A DNA stretch of 64,000 bases from an uncultured Planctomycetota bacterium (GTDB taxonomy: Bacteria; Planctomycetota; Planctomycetia; Isosphaerales; Isosphaeraceae), in assembly GCA_963823665.1 (NCBI GenBank), contig CAWGMQ010000005.1, positions 1,216,001 through 1,280,000 on the forward strand, written 5' to 3'. Within the stretch, counting starts at the first letter, position 1, and each line of letters opens with the position of its first letter. Of this stretch, positions 1-10,626 are shown in pieces. The notes beneath the pieces were generated by a model. The model had not been told where the DNA came from. It saw only the letters and a list, made by a program, of their open reading frames with translations, and did not search any database. Made by a program: the position numbers and the translations under genes.

Positions 1-528
1 GGTCTGGTCGTCCCACTCACGCGCTCGCGCGGCGGTCCACGGAGCGTCGGTCGGAACGGTCTTCGCGAGAGACTCGAGCAGCCCCTTGACGCGTCTCAGG
101 TCGGCCGAGTCCTTCTCGTCGCCCGGCCGCGTGAATCGCAGGCCGGAGACTGACAGGACGATCTTCCCCTCGTAGTAACTGCGAAAGGTCGCGATGCCGA
201 GTCCTTTGGCAAGCGCCAGCACTCGCGATTGACCCGGACCGACCCACTGCCCGCCCCCTTCGACCACGTGGCCGCCGCCGATTGAATGATCGAGCGTCCG
301 GCCGCCCACGCGCTGCCGCGCCTCGAGCACGCACACGGTAGCACCACCATTTTTCAGCTCCCGCGCCGCCAAGAGCCCGGAAAGCCCCGCCCCGACAATC
401 ACCACATCCACCTGCCGGTCGGGAAGTGTGCTGAGGGGGTCTACCCCTTCCGCGACTGAACTCGCCATGGGAGCGATCGCGGCAACCGAGGTAACGACCC
501 GTAAGAAATCCCGCCGATCCGTTTTCAT
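1..528 (-). CDS. Tat-exported FAD-dependent (flavin monoamine) oxidase, 3' end outside the window
   Basis: Not in the ORF track. Manual translation from ATG 528 gives [12 protein letters not shown] (twin-Arg), [18 protein letters not shown] (Rossmann GxGxxG), [11 protein letters not shown] and [11 protein letters not shown]. Confidence 0.88.
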   Translation of the reverse strand, partial: MKTDRRDFLRVVTSVAAIAPMASSVAEGVDPLSTLPDRQVDVVIVGAGLSGLLAARELKNGGATVCVLEARQRVGGRTLDHSIGGGHVVEGGGQWVGPGQSRVLALAKGLGIATFRSYYEGKIVLSVSGLRFTRPGDEKDSADLRRVKGLLESLAKTVPTDAPWTAARAREWDDQT

Positions 529-594
529 GGTTCTCTTCCGCTCTGATGCTTCTCGGGCAGGGTTGGACTTGAGCGAAGTCGGAAACTCGCATTT

Positions 595-1311
595 TCATCG
601 GCTCGCCGCGTCGTGAACAGCCATGAGCGCCTGCAGCGCCGCATAATCGACCGGCTTGGTCATGAAATGGTCGAATCCAGCGGACATCGCCCGCTGGCGA
701 TCCTCCTCCGGGTCGACCGCCAGCTCCGGACCCGTCGGGCCAGCGCTGCGCGGCAGGGCGGACGGCAGGCGGACAACGAACTCGCTCCCCGTGCCGAGCC
801 CGTCGCTCTTGCCGATCAGCCGGCCGCCGTGCAGCTCGGCCAGAGACCGCGCGAGTGTCAGCCCGATTCCGAGCCCGCCCTCCGACCGCGCCAGCGAGCG
901 GTCCCCTTGCGCGAATAGTTCAAACATCTGGGGGATCTGCTCGGGCGGGATGCCCATTCCTGTGTCTCGAACCGTGATGACGATCGACTCGTCCTCCCAT
1001 CCGGCCGACAAGAGAATCTCTCCCCCGTTCTGTGTATACTTGGCGGCGTTCGTCAGCAAGTTCGTCACGATCTGCTCCAGCCGCACCGGATCGGCCTCCG
1101 CCGGCAAGGTCTCGGGCACGATGGCGACGGAAAGCTTGTGCTGGCGCGACTCGATGAGAGGCCGCGCCGACTCGATGGCGCTGCGCAGGATTTGCGCCAC
1201 ATCGAGCCGTTCCTTGCGGAGTCGGATCTTCCCCTGCGTGACCCGCGCCACGTCGAGCAGGTCATCGATCAAGCGCACCAGGTGCTTGACCTGACGGTTG
1301 ATCACGTCCAT
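595..1311 (-). pseudogene. Truncated hybrid histidine kinase remnant (second HisKA helix + HATPase_c + tail of REC)
   Basis: LIDDLLDVAR and the N-, G1 and G2 boxes (NLLTNAAKYT, DTGMGI, GGLGIGL) are present. No H-box His or sensor domain is visible upstream. Only the last ~25 aa of a receiver domain remain (DRQRAMSAGFDHFMTKPVD). Confidence 0.7.
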
Positions 1312-1636
1312 GCTCCACTCGATCTGGAATCAAAAGGAATGCGATGGCCACCGCAACCGCTACCACGGCGACACCGTAGCGTAGCGGCCAATATGTCATC
1401 TTCGGCATGAGAGGGCCTCCACGACCGACGTAACTTTGCGCAATCGGCGCAGCAAAAACGCAACGCGACGCCTTTCCGGTCTATCTTACTACCTCCATCG
1501 ATCGCCGCCGAGATTGATGAGCATCGTTCTGGGGAGCAGAGTAGAGACCTGAGCACCGATGACTTGCCGCCCGGCGCGAGTTAAGCTCACCAATTGCGAC
1601 TTCGAGCCATCTGCCAAACTCCCGGAGGGCCTGACC

Positions 1637-2691
1637 GTGATCTCCCCCGCCGCATCCACCCGCATCGATCGACCCGCCACTCTCATCGCCGCACTCGTTT
1701 GCGTGATCCTCACGAGCGAGCCATCTCGATCGCACGCCCAGGCCGTGAAGCAGGAGGCGACTGCGAAGAAGCAGCAGCCAAAAGCCAAGCAGCAGGCCAA
1801 GGCCGCCCCGCGCTACGCTGTGCCGCCCACATTCTCCAACGTCCCCTACGGCACGCACGAGCGTCAGGTGCTCGACTTCTTCAAAGCCGACACCGCCGGG
1901 CCGGCCCCGCTCGTCGTCAACATTCACGGCGGCGGCTGGGTCGCGGGTGACAAGGTCGGCGTGGGCGATCTCAAGAAATTCCTCGACAATGGAATCTCCG
2001 TCGCGTCGATCAACTACCGCTACACCACTCTGGCCCAGGCGGCCGGGATCAAGCCGCCGGTGAAGTGGCCGCTCGAAGATGCCGCGCGGGCCATTCAGTT
2101 CCTCCGTTCCAAGGCCGGCGAATGGAACATCGACAAGAAGCGGATCGCCGCGACCGGCGGCTCAGCCGGTGCCTGCTCGTCGCTCTGGCTGGCCTTCCAC
2201 GACGACATGGCAAAGCCCGACAGCACCGACCCCGTCGCCCGCGAATCGACCCGGCTTTTCGCCGTTGCCGTCAATGGCGCCAGACCTCGCTCGATCCCTT
2301 GCAGCTTCGCGAGTGGATGCCGAACATGCGATACGGCGGCCACGCCTTCGGATTCACCGGCGGAGGCGGCACAGGCCGCGACTCACAGTTCCAGCAGTTC
2401 TTCGACCATCGCGCGGAAGTGCTCGACTGGATCAAGGAGTATTCGCCTTATTCCCACGCCGGCCCGGGTGACCCGCCGGTCTTCATGACCTACCCTTCGC
2501 AGAACAAGCCTCCCGTGAAAGGCGAGCCCCAGACCGACCCGACGCACAGCGCGGTTCTCGGTCTTCTCCTCGAAGAAAAGCTCAAGGCCGAAGGCGATGA
2601 AGTCCATCTCATCTACCCCGGCCGCAAAGACGCCGAATTTGCCGGGATCTCCGACTTCCTGATCGCCAAGCTCAAGGGGTCTCAGCCTTGA
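1637..2691 (+). CDS. Secreted alpha/beta hydrolase (HGGG-type esterase/lipase), frameshift near 2280
   Basis: GTG start follows GGAGG. IHGGGW oxyanion motif and GGSAG nucleophile are in ORF 1559..2488. The C-terminus (DPTHS) continues in the frame of ORF 2065..2691. Confidence 0.85.
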
Positions 2692-2855
2692 AGTACGGAT
2701 CCGATGCGCAGCCCGTCCGAACGTTTTTCCTCTAAGCGGATCGGATTCCCGCTCGGCGAGCGCGTCTCGATTCGAATCCATTACGCTGCACCCGCTACGC
2801 AAGATTGCTGCGGCCGTGCGGAGTTCCTAGAATAATGACGGAGAGGGTTCAGGTC

Positions 2856-3157
2856 ATGCTCTCGACGGTCGAACAGCTCTTGGCTCGGCTAGGCTCGGGG
2901 ATCGAGTCGATGGCGGGAGTATGTGGCGGTGATCCGCGTATTGCGTGAACACGAATCCCAGTCTGGACGCTGGAGCACTACCGGCGGCTCGGATTGACCG
3001 AAGCCCAGATTCTGGCGCATTCCCGGCACTCCGAGCGACCGATCTGGTCAACGCCTGGTCTTTTGCCGCTGGTCACCCGGACGAGATCGACCGTCAGATC
3101 AGAGAAAATGAGGAGGCCGAGCCTTTGGCCCGCCTCTTCGCTGATGAGAACTTTCCC
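2856..3157 (+). pseudogene. Decayed DUF433-type antitoxin followed by the first codons of a DUF5615 PIN-like toxin
   Basis: GIESMAGVCGGDPRIA*TRIPVWTLEHYRRLGLTEAQILA has an in-frame TGA at 2946. After a frameshift it reads FPALRATDLVNAWSFAAGHPDEIDRQIRENEEA, then LARLFADENFP, where similarity ends. Confidence 0.72.
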
Positions 3158-3276
3158 AAATTTGACAGCCGATTGCTTCACTCGTACAGTTGTAGAATCG
3201 GCCCAGGACGCCGACGGGGTTTTCTAATTCGAACTACCACCGCGTCTTCTCTGTCCGTCGAATTCAAGAGGCACCG

Positions 3277-4626
3277 ATGATAGCAACCCGCTCGAAGGCG
3301 CACGGACTTATGGTGCTGGCGGCCTTCGTCTCAGCCGGTGCCTCGTGGCCTATCCGGGCGGCCCTCGGAAGCGAACAGATCGACTCCCGCCAGTTCTTTG
3401 ATACCTACCGCGCGGCGCTGACGCGACTCCAAGCCGGCTGCGGCTCGGGTGATCTCGAGGGCGTCTACACCAGCCAATGGTTCGGCGCCCGGGCAGACCG
3501 ACCTGTGCGCGAGACGGCCGTCGAAATGGCCTACAGCTCCGATAGCAACCGTGAGAAGCATGTTTTGATCCGTCGCGACCAAGCCTCCGCTCCGTACTTC
3601 GAGCGTGTCTTCCTGCCGCGGAACGGACGGACGCTGATTCTGGAGCGGCTTGACCCCGCCAGGCCCTTCTTCATCCGATGGATAAGCAAGCCATCTGAGG
3701 CTCCCGACAATCTGGCGCCCATCGATCGGCGCAACTCAGTTGTCCGAGCGGCGTATTCGATCGGCGGCGGTTTCCTGATCCCGTCGATTCTCGACGCGCC
3801 CGCCTTCCAGATCACCGATCAAGGGCGTGTTGACCGCGATGGCGCCTCGCTCGTCCGGGTCACCTTCAAATCCCAATCTGATGCTGCGAAGTCGCTACCC
3901 GCACTGGACGGTTGGATGCTGCTTGACCCGAGGCGAGACTGGGCCTTGCGAGCACACGAGGTTCGCATAGCTTGGCCAGCTTCGCCGAATTCCTTCTCTG
4001 TTGTGAGTGGGACGGTCCGCTACGCGGACGGAGCCGGAGCGGGCCCACTCCCAGAAGAGGTCACTCTCGTGGATCGCTTCCAGCGCGATGAACAAGTCAG
4101 CGAACATCGGATCCACTTTCGCGCTCGGCGTCGAGCCGCCGAGCCGCCTTCCGCGGATACCTTCACGCTCGCTGCCTACGACCTGGGTGACTACCCATGG
4201 GACAACGAGCGGCAGCCAGAGGACCGCGGCTCACGCCAGTTGACGGTGCACACGCCCGTCCTCGATTACGATCAACCCGCACCGAAAGCGTCCGTCGACC
4301 TGTCGTTCCAGTTGACCAACTCGGGGCCGAAGGCAGTCCGGGTCGTCGGGATGAGGTTTGGTTGCGCGGCCAACTTGCCTGCCGAGGAGTTGCCGTGTCG
4401 AATCGAACCCGGCGAGACCAAGACGCTCACCCTGAAGCTCCTGGCATCCGCCGAGACCGGGACGGGCGAGACCCGATTTCCACTCTATCTTTACACGACC
4501 GCCCCAGGTCAGGCCGAGGTGGAGCTCACGCTCGTCGGTCGGAGTCGCCTCGAGATCGATGAGCGCCGACACTCTCGGCGGAGCCACACCCCGCCTCGAA
4601 CGCGGTTGGCGTATCGATCCCACTGA
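3277..4626 (+). CDS. Secreted hypothetical protein with C-terminal DUF1573-like Ig domain
   Basis: N-terminal signal peptide. The C-terminal FQLTNSGPKAVRVVGMRFGC...IEPGETKTL matches the DUF1573 pattern. Confidence 0.6.
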   Translation: MIATRSKAHGLMVLAAFVSAGASWPIRAALGSEQIDSRQFFDTYRAALTRLQAGCGSGDLEGVYTSQWFGARADRPVRETAVEMAYSSDSNREKHVLIRRDQASAPYFERVFLPRNGRTLILERLDPARPFFIRWISKPSEAPDNLAPIDRRNSVVRAAYSIGGGFLIPSILDAPAFQITDQGRVDRDGASLVRVTFKSQSDAAKSLPALDGWMLLDPRRDWALRAHEVRIAWPASPNSFSVVSGTVRYADGAGAGPLPEEVTLVDRFQRDEQVSEHRIHFRARRRAAEPPSADTFTLAAYDLGDYPWDNERQPEDRGSRQLTVHTPVLDYDQPAPKASVDLSFQLTNSGPKAVRVVGMRFGCAANLPAEELPCRIEPGETKTLTLKLLASAETGTGETRFPLYLYTTAPGQAEVELTLVGRSRLEIDERRHSRRSHTPPRTRLAYRSH

Positions 4627-4683
4627 GTGAAGATGCCGGCCCGATCGGTAGGCAGCCCGCCAGACGAGGAATGCGACTGCGCG

Positions 4684-5121
4684 TCACCTCACTCGAACCG
4701 GCACTTCCACCGCTTCGCCGTTAAGGTTGGCCGCGAGTTGCCCGGCAAACCCTTCGGGATACTCGCCGGCCAATGAAGCAAACTTGCCGGCTTCCTTCGG
4801 CTCCGCCTTCAAGTCGACGACCCGGCTATTCTCCCCTGTCCCGATCTTGATCTTTACGTCCGTGGCACCTGACGTCATTGCGCTTGTGCCATCAGACTGG
4901 AAGAAATAAGCGACGATCACTGGCTTGTATTGCGCCTTGCCGCCCGAGGTGCCCACTTGCGCGGAATTGACCAGAATTTCCGCAAATCCCTGGCCATTCG
5001 GCAATGTCACCATGGTTCCGCCGTGGGCCGCCTTGGCAACCGGAAGCTCCTTGGGTGAGCCGCCACAGCCGGCGATTGCGCAGGCCAGAGACAAGATCGT
5101 AAGACAAACAGATTTAAACAT
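4684..5121 (-). CDS. Small lipoprotein downstream of the DUF1559 gene
   Basis: Signal peptide with lipobox IAGC. Lipoproteins commonly follow DUF1559 genes in planctomycetes. Confidence 0.75.
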   Translation of the reverse strand: MFKSVCLTILSLACAIAGCGGSPKELPVAKAAHGGTMVTLPNGQGFAEILVNSAQVGTSGGKAQYKPVIVAYFFQSDGTSAMTSGATDVKIKIGTGENSRVVDLKAEPKEAGKFASLAGEYPEGFAGQLAANLNGEAVEVPVRVR

Positions 5122-5250
5122 ATTGTCTCATACCCTGGAAAAAGGGTAATGAAGGAAGGTGGTCTGGGTTCGATACCAGGCCACCCTCACAGGGAAAAAC
5201 CGCTGTTTCGCCGCCCGGCGGAGCCGCCGAGCAACTGGCCTTGAGACCGC

Positions 5251-6402
5251 TCAATACGAATCGGCGCTGATGACTTCGCCGCCATTTCGCGTCGAGAGCT
5301 GCTGGTAAACGCCGAGCTGCGCGTTTTGGGTACCGTTGCTGTTCTGCAGGTAATAGCCCGTCCTGGTGTACGGAGCCGTTGCGGTGACCGTCACACGAGT
5401 CGTGTAGTCGGGAATCGAATCACCAGCGCCGTCGTTGTTGCCCGTATTGAACGACCACGAGCTGATGGAGCTCTTGATGAATCGGACCGAGCCATCGCTG
5501 AACCCGAAGTTCGCGCCGCCGGGATGATAGCTTCCTGACGAGGTGGTCGAGTAATAGTTGTAGCCGTTGAAACCGAGAGGCCCTGCTCCGTTGCCGAACC
5601 CGAGGTTCATGGGATAGAGCGTCGAAGTCAGGGTATCGAAGTACCGGCCGACGTTCCACTGGGCGTCCGACTGGCAATAGTACGGATCATTCACCCACAA
5701 GTGGCCCTTGGCACGCTCCGTGAATAAGAATGTGTTGCTCGTTCCGTCGGTGATGGAAGCGATCTTGACGCTGCTGTCGTTGTAGATCGTGCCGTTGAAA
5801 GCCGCGAGCACTGTCGCGCTCATCTGGTTATTGAATCCGAACGTGAATGTCCCGGCGTTGCCGCCGTAGCTGTTGAATGCCTGGGTCCATGAACCGGGAG
5901 GCAAGGGGTAAATGTTGTAGAAGCTCCAGCCGGGAGGCGTGGTGGTTTGCGACTGCGTCGCGGGCAAGGCCATCGTCTGGTTCTGCAGGTCGCTCGGGCA
6001 GACCAGCGCGGAAACCAGGACACCGCCGATCGTCAGGTTGGTCGGATCGCCCGAATTCAAGTTGAAGTTAGCGGAGCTGTACATCGGCGATTGCTCGAGA
6101 TACGGCAGGATCCGCACGAAGACGCTGAAGCTCTCCGGGTAATGGCTCGAGTAGGCGGGAGGATTGAACAGCGTTCCCGTGTAGGAGCCGCCGGGAATAC
6201 AAAGATTGGTCGACTCGTAATTCAAGGCGGCCAGACCAAGCTGTTTCAGGTTGTTGGTGCACTGGGCCCGTCGGGCAGCTTCGCGCGCCGACTGGACCGC
6301 GGGTAACAGCAAAGCGATCAAGACAGCGATGATCGCAATCACCACCAGAAGCTCAATGAGCGTAAAGCCACGGCTCGTTCGAGCCATCGATTTGGAACTC
6401 AT
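5251..6402 (-). CDS. DUF1559 prepilin-type N-terminal cleavage/methylation protein
   Basis: GFTLIELLVVIAIIAVLIALLLPAVQSAREAARR, CTNNLKQLGLA, ITDGTSNT, and the H-X9-DG motif HPGGANFGFSDG. Confidence 0.95.
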   Translation of the reverse strand: MSSKSMARTSRGFTLIELLVVIAIIAVLIALLLPAVQSAREAARRAQCTNNLKQLGLAALNYESTNLCIPGGSYTGTLFNPPAYSSHYPESFSVFVRILPYLEQSPMYSSANFNLNSGDPTNLTIGGVLVSALVCPSDLQNQTMALPATQSQTTTPPGWSFYNIYPLPPGSWTQAFNSYGGNAGTFTFGFNNQMSATVLAAFNGTIYNDSSVKIASITDGTSNTFLFTERAKGHLWVNDPYYCQSDAQWNVGRYFDTLTSTLYPMNLGFGNGAGPLGFNGYNYYSTTSSGSYHPGGANFGFSDGSVRFIKSSISSWSFNTGNNDGAGDSIPDYTTRVTVTATAPYTRTGYYLQNSNGTQNAQLGVYQQLSTRNGGEVISADSY

Positions 6403-6575
6403 GAATCACAACTCCTCGAAGAATCGAGATCACGGAAGAACGTGCGTCGTTCAGGAGAGAGGTGGATTCGGGAGAACGATGCCTCCAGGAAATTCGCCCC
6501 TGGCGTTTCAAGTGAATAACAATACTTACCAGCAACTCCAAAACGCAAATGATTTCTTGATCAGTTTTCTTATTG

Positions 6576-8123
6576 CTAGCGCGGCGTGGCCACCGCTTCG
6601 ATGTGGCCTTGCGAGGTGGGAGAGGGCGGTGACGACAGACCGTCGACCAGAAGCATCCCGCCGATTTCGACCTCGGCTCGCCTCAGCTCCAGCAGCGATT
6701 CCACGTAGTCCTTGCTCAGGTCGAAGTACATTCGCCGCGAAGCGAGCACCTGGGTCCACGGCGTTCTTCGCTGACGGTAACTGGCGAGCTGAAGCTCATA
6801 CGCCTGCCGGCTCATCGGCAGTGTGCCGTCGCGGAAATCTTCAACCGAGCGAGCGGCGTCTTGATAGCGAGTGAACGCAAGAGCCAGCCGCTGGCGCAGC
6901 GAAAGGGCGATCCGTTCGTACTCGGCGTGGTCGCGGCTCAAGTCCGACATCGCTTCGCGAATCGTGCCCTGGTTGCGGTTGAAGATCGGCAGAGCGATGC
7001 CGATCTGAACGCCCGCAGTCTGAACGCCGAACTCATAGTTGTAGCCCGTCACGGCCTGAAGCTGCACATTCGGGATCGGCTCGACGCGCTCGCGGCGTAC
7101 CATGATCTCGTCGCGGCGGATCTCGGAAAGCGCCGCTTGAATCTCGGGGCTATTTTGAAGCAGCTCGGCGAGTGTGCCGTCGAACTGCACGGGCGCAGCC
7201 TCGGCTTCGAGCGGATTCATGTCAAGCGGTGCGGGCCGGAGCTCGGGCGCGCCACAAGCGCGACGAGCTCTTCCCAATCGCCCCGAAATCGATTCTCCGC
7301 CTTTTGAAGCGCGACCTTGGCACGGCGCTCTGCACGCGCGCCTGGATCACCTCCGGCTGGCTGACCTGTCCCACGTTGAGCATCTCTTCCATCGTGCGCA
7401 CGGCATCGTTGTCAAGCTTGAGCATCTCGCGGTGGATCGCGATCAATCGCTCCGCGGCGATGACTTCGAGATACTGGATCCTCACGCCGTTGAGCACGCG
7501 AAGCTCCTGGCCGATGGCCTGCCAATGAGCGGCCGTCGCCTCCTCCGCAAATTTGGCGCGGCTCAGACGCAACTTGCCGGCAGTGACAATCTGCCACTGG
7601 ACGAACGCCCCCACGTTATCCCCCGGCGAAGGCTTCCCCTTGACCGCGAAACCGTTACTGGTCGGTTGCGATTCCGAGAATGAACCGATCTGATCCTGGA
7701 TGTAGCCGAGGGTGGGGTTCGGATACAGCCCGGCCTGGCGCGAGCGATGCAGGGCAGCCTCGAACTGAGCCCTCGCCTGCCGGAGCGTCGGATTGCGCTC
7801 GAGCGCAACACGCTCGAAGTCACCCAGGCCAAGCGCCCTGGCCGCAGCATCCGGTGCTCCCACCGGCTGACGCGGGGCTCGCGCCGCCGCCGGCGGCAGC
7901 GCACGCAGCTCCGGCGACGCCGGCCCGGCCGGCATCGTCATGCCGGGCATCGCCATGCCGGGCATGGAATCCGTCGCCGCGCTCGGCGCGTTGCGCGCGG
8001 CATTGAGGGCATCGGTCGGGCCGGCGCAGTTGCACCTTGCGACCCGCCGCCCTGAGCGAGCGCAACCGGCTCGAACAGCGCCAGAAGCAGCACCGTCAGC
8101 ACGGGAATGGTCCTCTCGCTCAT
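6576..8123 (-). CDS. TolC-family outer membrane efflux protein with Met-rich N-terminus, three frameshifts (~7998, ~7330, ~7253)
   Basis: Signal peptide MSERTIPVLTVLLLAL, then MPGMAMPGMTM, ALERNPTL...QAGLYPNPTLGY and GIALPIFNRNQG. The pieces lie in three frames and the total length (1548 nt) closes the frame. Confidence 0.85.
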
Positions 8124-8353
8124 CCTGATCCTCGCCGATTCCTTTTCCGACGCGCCGAATTTGGCGAAGCGACGACGATGTTATCGGTTGCGCACCCCGC
8201 CCGTCTTCCAGATCGAACCGCCAATGACGCGACCGAGCTCTGGGCGCACTTTCATTTTCACCAATTCCCCCAGGTTGAAATTCGGCGCGCGGGACCAGAG
8301 AGACTTTGACTGCCGACTCCAGTCGACGGGAGCGAGTTGCTGGGAAGGCTCGC

Positions 8354-9745
8354 TCAGCCCGGTTTCCGCCGGCCTGGGATCGGTCCGAAGATACTCGAGC
8401 CAGGCTCGAGTGGGTCGTCGCCGTGCATGACCTTGTCATACAGGTCGCCCGGCAGCACGCGGACGACGGTCGTCAAGCCCTTCACGTGCGACCAATCTCG
8501 TCGCATGCCGCGAGCCTCGCGCCGGGCCAGCCGCCGCGTGTCGTCTTCGGGAATTGTCATATCCATATCCATATCCATACCCGCACCCATTCCCGCACCC
8601 ATCGTCATTCCGCCAGACATGTTCTGCGGGTAGCCCGGAACGCGGCCGCGGGGATCGTCCGGGGCGAGGCGGCCCATGGGTCCGGCCATTGACACCATGT
8701 GATTCATCGTGTGGTGAAACATGTGGCAGTGCATGACCCAGTCGCCCGGGTTGTTGGCGATGAATTCCACGTCGCGCGACTGCGCAACGCCGACGAGCAC
8801 GTTGTTGCCCGGGATCCAGCCCGATTCGGGAATGCGGCCGCCCTCGGTCCCGGTGACCCACCAGGTGTGGCCGTGAAGGTGAATCGGGTGATGGTCCGCC
8901 GTACTAAAATTCACCAGGCGGAAGCGAACTCGCTGGCCGAGCTTGAGCACGATGGGTGTGATGAGCGGCGCACACCGGCCGTTGAACGTGAGGAAGTTGA
9001 ACTCCATCCCCTGGCTGTCGGGCACGGTCGAGTTGGGCAGGATCTGGAATTCCTGCGTGATCAGGGTGATGTCGCGGTCGCAGACCGGCTCGTAGGCCGC
9101 TTTCGGATGAATGATGAACAGGCCCACCATTCCCATGGCTTCCTGCATGGAAACATGGGCGTGATAGAAGAAGGTTCCGTGCTGGTGCAGGGTGAATTCA
9201 TAAACGAACGCTTCCCCGGGCGGGATGAAGTCTTGCACGAGGCCGGGAACTCCGTCCTGGCTGACGGGTATTTCCAGGCTGTGCCAGTGAATCGAAGTGG
9301 GTTCGGGCAGGCGGTTTTCGACGATGATCCGCACGCGATCGCCTTCATTCACTTCGATCATGGGGCCGGGCATGGTTCCGTTGAATCCCCACACGTCCAT
9401 CACCAGGTGGGGAAGAAGCTCGCGCTTCACCGGCATGGCGATCAGGTGAAACTCCTTGGCACCGTCGCGAAGGATAAAGGGAAGCTTGGGCAGGTCAGGC
9501 GTTTCAACCGCGACCGGAGGCAGTCCGGCCTGCCGGAAGCCGGGGACCAGTTTGCCCCGGTCTGTCGCGCTGCCGACTGGGCCGCCGCGGCCGGGCCGGG
9601 TGCGGGGGTAGTCGTCGACCGGGGAGCCCGCCGCCGGCACTACCGACGCACCCTCGGTGTGTTGGTCAGCCCCTGAAGCGATCAGGCCGGCCGTGGCGGC
9701 CGAGCCGGCCGTCAAGAAATTGCGTCTGCTTCTGAGATTGTCCAC
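8354..9745 (-). CDS. Tat-exported two-domain multicopper oxidase with Met-rich C-terminal region
   Basis: SRRNFL Tat motif. Cu ligand motifs HWH, YHAH, HPIHLHGH and HCHMFHHTMNHM. Met-rich GMGAGMDMDMDM segment. Confidence 0.92.
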   Translation of the reverse strand: MDNLRSRRNFLTAGSAATAGLIASGADQHTEGASVVPAAGSPVDDYPRTRPGRGGPVGSATDRGKLVPGFRQAGLPPVAVETPDLPKLPFILRDGAKEFHLIAMPVKRELLPHLVMDVWGFNGTMPGPMIEVNEGDRVRIIVENRLPEPTSIHWHSLEIPVSQDGVPGLVQDFIPPGEAFVYEFTLHQHGTFFYHAHVSMQEAMGMVGLFIIHPKAAYEPVCDRDITLITQEFQILPNSTVPDSQGMEFNFLTFNGRCAPLITPIVLKLGQRVRFRLVNFSTADHHPIHLHGHTWWVTGTEGGRIPESGWIPGNNVLVGVAQSRDVEFIANNPGDWVMHCHMFHHTMNHMVSMAGPMGRLAPDDPRGRVPGYPQNMSGGMTMGAGMGAGMDMDMDMTIPEDDTRRLARREARGMRRDWSHVKGLTTVVRVLPGDLYDKVMHGDDPLEPGSSIFGPIPGRRKPG

Positions 9746-10136
9746 TGTAGGGCACCTCGAATTGTTCTCTAGCTCGCGCGAGGGCAGAGCGTTCGGCCGC
9801 CCTCCGGCGCCACCGGGATCGAAATACCGTCAAGCTCCCGCAAGCAAGCGGCTCGAGCGACCATGGAATTATTCCACACAGCGGCCCGGATGGGTTTCCA
9901 TCTTGGCGAGGCCCATCTCACCCCTGAGAGACGATGAGAAACTCTGTCGATCGTATTGCTCCTGCGGGCAGCGCCTCACGTCGCATACGATCACTGGCTT
10001 GCGTTTCCCGCGGTGATTCGCTGAAATGGTACGTTCACTAGACAGACAAGCGAGAACGCCGTTGCCTCATACCCGCCGTTTCGGGTCTCCGTACTTGCCA
10101 GGGGTGCGGCAATCTCAAGTAACTCCGGAGCCTGAA

Positions 10137-10517
10137 ATGAGCGAGAAAGAAACACCGGCCGCCCAAGCCCCACAGGGCCAGCAAACTGAGGTTGTCGTCG
10201 ACGATTCCGCGACGATGCCTGCTTATTCCAATTTCTGTCGCGTAACGGCCACTCCCGAAGAAGTCATTCTCGACTTCGGCCTGAATCCGCAGCCGTTTGC
10301 AACCGGCCGCCAGGATGTCAAAGCCAATCAGCGGATCGTGATGAACTTTTACACGGCCAAGCGGCTCTTGACCGCACTGGGCATGACCATTCAGCGGCAC
10401 GAAGGAATGTTCGGCTCAATCGAGCTTGACGTCAGACGGCGAGCAGGCGGCGGGCCTCCCGCATACGGACAGGCGCCGGCGCCCGGCCGCGTCGGGCCCC
10501 AGGGTATCGTCGAGTAA
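10137..10517 (+). CDS. DUF3467-family protein
   Basis: YSNFCRVTATPEEVILDFG...RIVMNFYTAKRLL...HEGMFGSIE. ATG 10137 follows GGAG. Confidence 0.8.
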   Translation: MSEKETPAAQAPQGQQTEVVVDDSATMPAYSNFCRVTATPEEVILDFGLNPQPFATGRQDVKANQRIVMNFYTAKRLLTALGMTIQRHEGMFGSIELDVRRRAGGGPPAYGQAPAPGRVGPQGIVE

Positions 10518-10626
10518 GCGCGAGACGGCACAAAACGCTGCTCGCGACCGCAACGGATGGCACGGTCGCGTGAGCTAATCGAACCGATCCGGGCCGTCCG
10601 AGGTTTTTCGAGAGCCTGGGCGCATC

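Noticed and set aside
17..598. 193-aa minus-strand ORF
   Set aside because: Wrong frame. The real gene is the amine oxidase starting at 528.
2945..3280. 111-aa ORF as an intact gene
   Set aside because: It is a chimera of the DUF433 C-terminus, a PIN start and unrelated sequence.
5251..6402. Type IV pilus or type II secretion system
   Set aside because: It is a lone DUF1559 gene, a family greatly expanded in planctomycetes, with no assembly genes in the window.
8558..8600. ATATCC hexamer repeat as a contingency locus
   Set aside because: Only about three copies, encoding the MDMDMDM tract in frame.
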